Shown here: positions 48,937 through 55,942 of the stretch, one piece after another
Numbering within the stretch: position 1 is the stretch's first letter
How the letters are laid out: every line of letters begins with the position of its first letter
Source of the DNA: a virus
Lineage: Duplodnaviria > Caudoviricetes
Reading direction: 5' to 3' (one strand)
Virus record (IMG/VR): IMGVR_UViG_3300036784_000146
Span: 79,611 to 143,610 of that record
Length of the DNA stretch: 64,000 nt
Notes under the pieces: generated by a model
Databases searched by the model: none
What the model was told of the DNA's origin: nothing
The model's input: only the letters and a program-made list of their open reading frames with translations
Made by a program: the position numbers and the translations under genes

Positions 48937-49449
48937 TTGACGACGGTGGTTTGCGCCGTTGACTGCGAGTGTGGTCGACATCGGCGGCCTCGACAACCCA
49001 AGCTGACGACGAAGGAAGGCTACATACTTCTCTACCTCCCACAACATCGTCTGGCTGGGAAGAATGGGATTATTCTCGAACATCGTCAGGTGCTTTATGA
49101 CAAAATTGGCGACGGCCCCCATTCCTGTTATTGGATGGGGGTTTATCATTGCGAAAAGAATCGGTTGACATGGGGCGGAATTGGCGGTAATTCGATTGTC
49201 GTCGATCATTTGGATGACGATGTTGCTAATAACGATCCAGAGAATTTGGTTCCTAGCTGCACCAACTGCAATGCTGCACGTGGTCGAGCTGGATGGTTAC
49301 GTTCGTCCCTCCGGCCTGTGGACGTGACAGCGATTCAGGCCTTGCAGGCGTGTGGTCGTCTTACCTTAGATGACATAGGCAAGATATTTGGGGTGAGTGC
49401 GATGACCATTAGTAGGGTCGTTAATGGAATTTGGGAAAGGAGTGCCTAA
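48937..49449 (+). CDS. HNH homing endonuclease with C-terminal HTH
   Basis: 'EHRQV', 'VDHLD....NNDPENLVPSCTNCN', 'TLDDIGKIFGVS.MTISRV'; visibly AT-richer than its flanks. Confidence 0.88.
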   Translation: MTTVVCAVDCECGRHRRPRQPKLTTKEGYILLYLPQHRLAGKNGIILEHRQVLYDKIGDGPHSCYWMGVYHCEKNRLTWGGIGGNSIVVDHLDDDVANNDPENLVPSCTNCNAARGRAGWLRSSLRPVDVTAIQALQACGRLTLDDIGKIFGVSAMTISRVVNGIWERSA

Positions 49450-49450
49450 G

Positions 49451-49903
49451 ATGAGAAGACTCCCTACGGATCCTCAAAAAAGAAGGTTTCAATTCTTCAA
49501 ACGGGTGTACCAGCACCTAGAGCACTTCAATGCCCTCATCGAGACCGGCGAGATGGAGATGCCCGGCATCATTCCCATCCACGACGAGATCCTCCCGTTC
49601 GAGGAGATCTACCTGCCGGACATGATGGTGGGCATCTTGTCGTTACCAGACCGCCAGCGTCAGGCGTTCGAGCTGATCTGCCTGCGTGGCTTCACCGAGC
49701 GCGCGTGCACCGACATCATGTTCTCTCCGGAGTCGGAGTGGACCACGCCGGTGCAGCAGTACGCCGACACCGCGCTGGCGCGCATGGTCGCCGCCTACGA
49801 CGACAAGCAGGCGGGCGTGTGGGTACCCCGGGTGTACATCAAGCGCACCCGGCATAAGGTTGAGCAGCCAGCCGAGCCCGCACGCGAGTTGATTTCGGCT
49901 TAG
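49451..49903 (+). CDS. Sigma-70 region-4-like protein
   Basis: 'ILSLPDRQRQAFEL..L.GFTE' resembles sigma region 4. Confidence 0.55.
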   Translation: MRRLPTDPQKRRFQFFKRVYQHLEHFNALIETGEMEMPGIIPIHDEILPFEEIYLPDMMVGILSLPDRQRQAFELICLRGFTERACTDIMFSPESEWTTPVQQYADTALARMVAAYDDKQAGVWVPRVYIKRTRHKVEQPAEPARELISA

Positions 49904-49915
49904 GGGACGACGGGG

Positions 49916-50218
49916 ATGTTCGGCGACGATGGTTCCTTTGAGGTAAGTACCGAGTCGCGCGTGTTGCCGTTGCGCACGGGCGTGGACTATTCGGTGGAGG
50001 ACGAGACCGAGAGGCTGTTGGCCGACGATCGTCGCGAGTTACGCGAGCAGGGGCTCGACGTGGACTACCTCACCACCGACCAGCTGTTGCTACGGTGGTC
50101 ACGTGAGCTGATCGGACCGTACGGGGCGCCGGACCGTGCGATCTCCCACGGCATGTACCGGCGAGCGTTCAACCCCGCGATGGGGCAGCGACCGACCAAC
50201 CTCAAACAGGAGCCCTAG
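49916..50218 (+). CDS. Hypothetical protein
   Basis: 100 aa ORF, coupled to the next gene. Confidence 0.55.
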   Translation: MFGDDGSFEVSTESRVLPLRTGVDYSVEDETERLLADDRRELREQGLDVDYLTTDQLLLRWSRELIGPYGAPDRAISHGMYRRAFNPAMGQRPTNLKQEP

Positions 50219-51009
50219 TGACCGCCGACGTGGGCCAGCAGCAGGTAGTTGCAGCTGGGGGAGAGCCACCCCGCGCCGACACCGACATCGATGCCATGGT
50301 GGCTGCCGAGATCAAGCGGTTGCGGGAAGCGGGTCAGTTAGAGGTACGCACCGAGCACCGCTGCCGGGTGTGCAAAGACGAGCCAACCCGCATGCTGATC
50401 AACAATCTGCTCGCGCGCATGATGAGCTACCGCGACATCTACACGATCATCAACGCTTCAATCAATCCGGTGCGTAAGCAACGCAACGAGCGCCCGATCA
50501 CTCAACGCATCATCGGCCACCACGCCAAAGAGCACTTCGCCATCGACAACCCGGCTTGGGCGATCTTCCGCAACATCGGGGTGCGTCGGGGCCGTCAGAT
50601 GGGCAAGGACTACGAGGACGGCATCGCCGAGACAGTCAGCCATCTGGCCTTCTTGGAAGCAGTGGTGCAGAAGGGCTGGGTGAACCTGATCCAGCCCACG
50701 ACTGAGGTGCCCTACTCGGATGGCCTGAACGCGGCGGTGAAGCTGGCCGAGATCGAAGCCAAGACCGCCGGGGCCCAGCAGCACGCGGAGATGCTGGCTC
50801 AGGTCAACCGGATCATCACGATCTTCAAGGAGAGCGTGCCTCCCGAGGAGTGGCCTGCGATCGTCGCGCGCATCCAGGGCGACGAGCTGCCGCAGTCGGC
50901 CAGCGTGCCAGCCATTGCGCAGCGAGTCATGGTCCGCGCTGCCGACGCCGATGACGAGGAGTTCGACCCGGGCGAGGATAACGACTTCGATGACGAGGAC
51001 GGGGAGTAG
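50218..51009 (+). CDS. Hypothetical CxxC/HTH-like protein with acidic tail (possibly terminase small subunit-like)
   Basis: CRVC...SYRDI...HAKEH; function is inferred only. Confidence 0.5.
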   Translation: MTADVGQQQVVAAGGEPPRADTDIDAMVAAEIKRLREAGQLEVRTEHRCRVCKDEPTRMLINNLLARMMSYRDIYTIINASINPVRKQRNERPITQRIIGHHAKEHFAIDNPAWAIFRNIGVRRGRQMGKDYEDGIAETVSHLAFLEAVVQKGWVNLIQPTTEVPYSDGLNAAVKLAEIEAKTAGAQQHAEMLAQVNRIITIFKESVPPEEWPAIVARIQGDELPQSASVPAIAQRVMVRAADADDEEFDPGEDNDFDDEDGE

Positions 51010-52073
51010 TGGCGTCGAGCCCGCTAGCTCAGGTTGACGCCAGCTCGTTCGACCAGGCTGGTGTTTCGGTGGCCACCGCCACCCGTAGCGCTTCCAACTC
51101 TCGGCTGGGGACCTTCTATGACAACACGACGATGGCGGCGGGGGCATTGGTACACGTGCACCCAATCTCCTCCTCCCAGTTTCTGGCAGCCTTCGCCCGA
51201 CGTTGGACCACCGCCACCCCCTCGCCGACACAAGCGGGCTACTTCAGCGCCCACACCGAAGACCTCACTCCCACGTGGTTCATCCTGGGCGCTTCTGGTG
51301 CTCGCACTCTTGTGGCCTCCTCCCCGGCGATTCCGATCGCCACACCTGGGCTGGGTAGCCCGACGCTTGTGGACGGCACGTCGCTCGCGGACTACGTCTT
51401 CCTGCTGCACTCCACCGCCACCGGCGGACTGATTCAGCACTTCCGGGTGGCCACCGCCGGGCGTGTGGTGCCTGTCGGCGAGGAGGTCATCCCCAACCTG
51501 GTCAGCCAGGGGGTCTCCTTCGACAAGGGCCTGGCGGTGGACAACAACTACATCACCGCGTTCGGCACCGACGCTGACGGCAACGTCTACCGGGCCCGCA
51601 AGCCCTCTGGTCAGATCGGGGGCACCTACGCCCAGAGCGCGACGGCCGCCGTCAGCCAGCTGCCTCTGGTGTGGCAGTACGGCACCGGTAGCGGCTGGGA
51701 CTCCAACCCGGCTCACGGGGCGCCGGAGGCTGGCCTGAACAGCCTGGGCCCGGTGAGCCACGTGCGCTGGCGGCGCACCCACTACCTGTCCACCGTCGCC
51801 AACTCGGGTGGCAACCAGGTGAGCCAGATCTACTCCCGGTACCCGAGCAGGCCCTGGACCAAAGTGGGTGCGCCGATCCCGCTGGGCTCCGGCGCCAACT
51901 ACCTGGGTGGTACCGCGCAACTGCAGTCCAACCTGCTGGCACCTTCGGCCATGATCAACACCCCGGCCAGCGAAACGGCCATCCCGTACGTGACGTCGAC
52001 CAAGGTCCCCTCCGGTGCGTTGAACGCCATCCACACCGCTTGGAATCTGCTGCAGATCCCTCGTCAAACTTAA
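51009..52073 (+). CDS. Hypothetical beta-rich protein (possibly virion-associated)
   Basis: 354 aa, Ser/Thr/Gly-rich. Confidence 0.6.
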   Translation: MASSPLAQVDASSFDQAGVSVATATRSASNSRLGTFYDNTTMAAGALVHVHPISSSQFLAAFARRWTTATPSPTQAGYFSAHTEDLTPTWFILGASGARTLVASSPAIPIATPGLGSPTLVDGTSLADYVFLLHSTATGGLIQHFRVATAGRVVPVGEEVIPNLVSQGVSFDKGLAVDNNYITAFGTDADGNVYRARKPSGQIGGTYAQSATAAVSQLPLVWQYGTGSGWDSNPAHGAPEAGLNSLGPVSHVRWRRTHYLSTVANSGGNQVSQIYSRYPSRPWTKVGAPIPLGSGANYLGGTAQLQSNLLAPSAMINTPASETAIPYVTSTKVPSGALNAIHTAWNLLQIPRQT

Positions 52074-52082
52074 CCCGAGGGG

Positions 52083-52112
52083 TTTACTTTTTTCCTCTAA
52101 TTTTGTTATAGT
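52083..52112 (+). promoter_or_regulatory. SigA-like promoter TTTACT-18 bp-TATAGT; leaderless start at ATG 52119
   Basis: Very AT-rich island; the A of the ATG lies 7 nt after the -10; no SD sequence. Confidence 0.75.
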
Positions 52113-52118
52113 CCCTGC

Positions 52119-52802
52119 ATGACAAACACAGAGAAGAAAAAGGCGGTCCCTCCTCCCAATGAGCCACCGCCTCCGGTAATTTCCATCTCCAAGATCGAAG
52201 CGGGCCGGATCCTCGTCCCCATTCGAGGAACCGCTCCGCTGATCATGAACAACTGGTCGGCCAAGGCCAAGCGCCAGATGCTGCTCAACATGCAGGGCGT
52301 GAAGTTGCCCAAGGAGAATAAGGACCCCGAAGCTGAATACCAGTCGGCGTTCTATCTCCTGGACGAGACCGGGCCCGAAGGCGAGAAGCGTTACGGCTTC
52401 CCGTTGATGGCCTTCAAGGAGGCCACGGTCGGTGCGGCCAGGTTCTACACCCGATCGGTGACCATGGTGGCCTTGCGGCAATTTTTGTTCTTCAAAGGCT
52501 GCTACTCCACCTCGGCCAAGCAGCAGCTGGTGGAGATCGTCGGCACACCTGAGCGGCGGGAAGATCCCGTCACCGTGGGCCGAGGTGGCCGGGATCTGCG
52601 GTACCGTCCGGAGTTCTGGCCCTGGCGAGCCACCTTGGACATCTCCTTCGCCAAGACCAATATCGATCAGGAATCGGTGCTTTCCCTGCTCGATGCCGGA
52701 GGTCTGGGTGTCGGCGTGGGCGAGTGGCGTCCGGAGAAGAAGGGCGTCTTCGGCACCTTTGAGGTGGATCCCGACGAGCCCATCGAGGTGCTCAATGGCT
52801 GA
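52119..52802 (+). CDS. RAMP/Cas7-like RNA-binding protein (candidate Vipr-like effector)
   Basis: N-terminal strand 'VPIRGTAPLIM', 'GFPLMAFKEA' (cf. RAMP IPGSSxKG), thumb-like 'VTVGRGGRDLRYRPEF', C-terminal Gly-rich loop 'AGGLGVGVGEWRPEKKGVFGTFEV'; adjacent to a repeat array. Confidence 0.7.
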   Translation: MTNTEKKKAVPPPNEPPPPVISISKIEAGRILVPIRGTAPLIMNNWSAKAKRQMLLNMQGVKLPKENKDPEAEYQSAFYLLDETGPEGEKRYGFPLMAFKEATVGAARFYTRSVTMVALRQFLFFKGCYSTSAKQQLVEIVGTPERREDPVTVGRGGRDLRYRPEFWPWRATLDISFAKTNIDQESVLSLLDAGGLGVGVGEWRPEKKGVFGTFEVDPDEPIEVLNG

Positions 52803-53229
52803 TCTGCGGTCAGTGTTGGTGGACCATTACGAGCGGTTCGGCAGCTTGAAGGATGAGGACCTTGTCAGGGAGGCCACCGTGGCCTCCCATCCTCTCCACG
52901 ATCGTTTTGAATGGGACGATCAGGTCGCCGGACACCAGTACCGTTGCTGGCAGGCTCGACAGCTGGTTAAGACCGTAAAGCAGTCGTTCTCCAACCACGA
53001 CGGCGAGCGCCGCAGCGTGCGGTTCTGGTTATCCAGCTATGAGGCCGGAAATCCAGAAGTCACGGCCGGGACGTTTGAACCGGCCGAGCAAATAATGGCA
53101 GATCCCATTCGGGCAGAGATCGAGTTGCGGTCATGCAAGCGAGCAATCGCTGACCTACGCCGTCGCTATGAGCATCTGGCCGAGTTCAAAGAGCTGGTGC
53201 AGCGGGGGTTGCTCCAAGAAGAAGGGTAG
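52795..53229 (+). CDS. Array-associated accessory protein (144 aa)
   Basis: ATG 52795 overlaps the end of the RAMP-like gene; 'HPLHDRFEWDD..AG.QYR..QARQL' motif; stop codon is 6 bp before the array. Confidence 0.75.
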   Translation: MADLRSVLVDHYERFGSLKDEDLVREATVASHPLHDRFEWDDQVAGHQYRCWQARQLVKTVKQSFSNHDGERRSVRFWLSSYEAGNPEVTAGTFEPAEQIMADPIRAEIELRSCKRAIADLRRRYEHLAEFKELVQRGLLQEEG

Positions 53230-53235
53230 CCACGA

Positions 53236-54210
53236 GGCAGTCATGGCACGGCTCGGTTCCGCGCGTCGGGGCTCGGTAAGGCGTGGCAGGCACGTTCTGG
53301 CCAGGTGTGGCCCGTCGGGGCATGGCAAGGCAGGCGAGGCCAGGCCCGTCGAGGCCTGGCGCGGTCCGGCTAGGCATGGCAGGCGGGGCAAGGCATGGTG
53401 CGGTCGGGCTAGGCAAGGCTGGGCAAGGCAGGCAAGGTACGGCAAGGCGGGGCGCAGCGCGGCCCGGCGAGGCAGGCTTGGTCCGGCCTGGCGTGGTGAG
53501 GCTTGGCCTGGCGTGGCGCGGTTCGGCAAGGCAGGCTCGGCAGAGCATGGTGCGGTCGGGCTAGGCGTGGCGCGGCTTGGCAGGCGCGGCATATCTTGGC
53601 TGGGTACGGCGGGGCAAGGCTGGGTAAGGCAGGCACGGTATGGTGTGGCCGGTTTTGGCTCGGTTTGGCGAGGCTTGGCAGGCTAGTTAGGCAGGGCATT
53701 GCATGTCAAGGCTAGGCATGTCAAGGCAGGCGCGGCTGGTCCAGGCGAGGTACGGATTGGTACGGCACGGTCCGGCAGGCACGGCGTGGTCAGGCAAGGC
53801 GCGGCTAGGCACGGCAACGCAGGCAGGGCTCGGTGCGGTTGGGCGCGGCTTGGTATGGCAAGGCAGTCGCGGCTGGGCACGGCCAGGCAAGTTCTGGCTC
53901 CGGCTAGGCGTGGCATGGCAGGCTCGGTTGGGCTTGTCCAGGCAGGGCGCGGTGTGGTTAGGCGTGACATGGCAGGCAGGGCAAGGTTCGGCTAGTCAGG
54001 GCCCGGCAAGGTCCGTCAAGGCAGGCATGGCAAGGTCAGGCGGGGTGTGGCCTGGCAAGGCGCGGCTAGGCAGGCACGGCTCTGTTCGGCGCGGCGAGGC
54101 AGGGTTACGCACGGCAAGGCAGGCCAGGCATGGCAGGTTGCGTCAGGGCTAGGCAGGGTTTGTCAAGGCAGGCCAGGCGGGGTTAGGCGCGGCTTGTCGG
54201 GGTAGGGTTC
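53236..54210 (+). ncRNA. GGY-NN pentamer array: 20 units of GGCA + (GGY-NN)8-11, about 179 pentamers; candidate guide-RNA array
   Basis: Parsed by hand. Unit starts: 53236, 53285, 53329, 53378, 53427, 53471, 53530, 53579, 53628, 53677, 53725, 53774, 53818, 53862, 53917, 53971, 54020, 54069, 54118, 54167. The repeat structure is certain; the RNA function is inferred. Confidence 0.8.
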
Positions 54211-54222
54211 GGCTGGCGTGGT

Positions 54223-54270
54223 GGGAAGTTGGGGTGAATGCGGCTACAATCGGATTCACCCCAATTTTCC
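54223..54270 (+). terminator. Stem-loop closing the array
   Basis: TTGGGGTGAAT (54229-54239) pairs perfectly with ATTCACCCCAA (54254-54264), extendable to about 17 bp with G-U pairs. Confidence 0.7.
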
Positions 54271-54294
54271 TACAATGAAGGGAGACACACCACC

Positions 54295-55320
54295 GTGAAA
54301 GTCGCCGAGCTGGCAGAGAATCTAGCCAAGCGCAAGGAGAGCCGTCGGATCGTGCGGTTGGGGGACCTGGCCATCCCTGACGACTGTTCATCGATCACGA
54401 TTCCGGCTTCCGAAGACACTCCGGCCGCCCAGTTTTTGCTCGACGAGAAGACTCTTCGGGTGCTGGCCAAGTTTTTGAAGCTGCCTGCGACCTATCTTGA
54501 AGAATGCCCGCCAGATTTTAGGTCGACGACATTGAGGTACTGGCGCGACCGTAAGGGCCATGTCGATGTCGTGCTCGAAGCCGTCGACGACAACGTGACC
54601 GCCCTCTACAGCCCTGGCTTGATGATGCTGCCGGTCGCGCGGGTCGCGCGCATGATCGAGCGCACTTTCAAGCCAGAGGACGATATCCGCCTGCTGCTGC
54701 GCGATGAGCAGGTGTTTCATGTCGACATCACTTCTGACGATTTCAAGATCGAAATCCCCAATCCTCGTCGCATCCCCGGCCGCCCTGAGGTCGGCGACAT
54801 TACCTGCGGCGGCATCCGCTTTTTGGCGTCCCCCAGCAAGGTCAAGGCGCCCAGCGTGTCGCGGTTCCTTCATCGTTTGGTCTGTACCAACGGGATGGTG
54901 ACCGATGCGGCCGAAGACAAGATCGTGATCAAGGGATTGAGTGTGGCTGAGGTCATCGAGTCGATGGAAGAGGCTGCCGATCGGTTGCTGTCCAACATGG
55001 ACGAGCATCTGGACCGCTACAAGGACACGGCTCTTCTGGCTGTGCCTGGTCATCCTTTGTCCTTCGCCGAACAGCTGGGGCACGAGTTCAATGTTCCGCA
55101 GCGTCAGCTGCATGCCATCCTCGACCGGGTGCGTCAGCTCCCCGAGGAGGGCGCCACCGTTTTTGACGTCGCCCAAGCATTCACTTCGGTCGCCAACGAA
55201 GTGCACAACTACGCCGACCGCACCCGCCTACAGACACTGGGTGGCTCATTGGCCCTGGAAGCCCCCAGAATGATCGAGCGTTGCCACACTTGCCAGACTC
55301 TTCTGGTCGAGCACGGTTGA
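54295..55320 (+). CDS. DUF932-like phage protein
   Basis: 'FLHRLVCTNGMV' motif and C-terminal 'TVFDVAQAFTSVA'; GGAGACACAC start motif. Confidence 0.7.
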   Translation: MKVAELAENLAKRKESRRIVRLGDLAIPDDCSSITIPASEDTPAAQFLLDEKTLRVLAKFLKLPATYLEECPPDFRSTTLRYWRDRKGHVDVVLEAVDDNVTALYSPGLMMLPVARVARMIERTFKPEDDIRLLLRDEQVFHVDITSDDFKIEIPNPRRIPGRPEVGDITCGGIRFLASPSKVKAPSVSRFLHRLVCTNGMVTDAAEDKIVIKGLSVAEVIESMEEAADRLLSNMDEHLDRYKDTALLAVPGHPLSFAEQLGHEFNVPQRQLHAILDRVRQLPEEGATVFDVAQAFTSVANEVHNYADRTRLQTLGGSLALEAPRMIERCHTCQTLLVEHG

Positions 55321-55405
55321 CCTAATCGGTCTCTAACGTTGGTGTAGGTGAGATGTCACACTCAGATCTTGATGAGGGGCAGTCGGAACGCTGCTAAGGT
55401 GAAGC

Positions 55406-55450
55406 AGGCGCCGGGTACCGGATTCGTGTGTGTCTCCTTCCCCGGCGCCT
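55406..55450 (+). ncRNA. Candidate antisense sRNA hairpin whose loop is complementary to the GAAGGAGACACACAC start motif
   Basis: Perfect 10-bp stem AGGCGCCGGG/CCCGGCGCCT; 25-nt loop containing GTGTGTGTCTCCTTC; intergenic. Confidence 0.5.
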
Positions 55451-55508
55451 CCTAAATTTCCGTCCGGTCTAATCACTCCCGTCGCATTCCCACGATAGGG
55501 TTAGGTAC

Positions 55509-55913
55509 GTGGCACACCCCGCACCAGACGTCGAACCGTATCCATCCGAGATCCCGGCCCTCAAGGGCGCGATGGAGAAGCTGAACAAGCGATTCCAGAA
55601 CAAGGTCTTCGACGAAGACACCATGATGCAGTTCATGCAGGCCGCCCGCGAGATCTTCGGCGAGGCTGGCTGGCTCATCGGCGTGGACTGGATGGACGCC
55701 CGCGTCCCGGGCTTACCCGCCGAGATGGCGCCGTCGACCGGCACCGTCATCCCTCGTGTGGTCATCCAGGGGCGCGTCCACCACGAATCCGAAACCGACC
55801 ACGACCGGCTGCGCCACGAGATCGTGTCCGGCATGGCCGACGGCGTGAAGGGCTACGTGCGCGAGGGCAGCTCTGACCTGCATGAGGACCCGATTTCAAA
55901 GACCATCTTCTAA
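55509..55913 (+). CDS. Hypothetical protein
   Basis: 134 aa; GC3 bias. Confidence 0.65.
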   Translation: MAHPAPDVEPYPSEIPALKGAMEKLNKRFQNKVFDEDTMMQFMQAAREIFGEAGWLIGVDWMDARVPGLPAEMAPSTGTVIPRVVIQGRVHHESETDHDRLRHEIVSGMADGVKGYVREGSSDLHEDPISKTIF

Positions 55914-55942
55914 GTGAGCGATCGACCCCACCCAGGAGTGAG

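Noticed and set aside
53236-54210. Classical CRISPR array or simple microsatellite
   Set aside because: There are no 25-45 bp identical repeats with unique spacers. The NN positions are too diverse and the GGCA phase breaks too regular for a slippage satellite.
53155-54391. Many overlapping Arg/Gly/Ala/Pro-rich ORFs on both strands (for example 53168-53686, 53155-53592, 53703-54152)
   Set aside because: Translation artefacts of the 5-bp-periodic array: no RBS, no codon bias, and a period of 5 is incompatible with coding selection.
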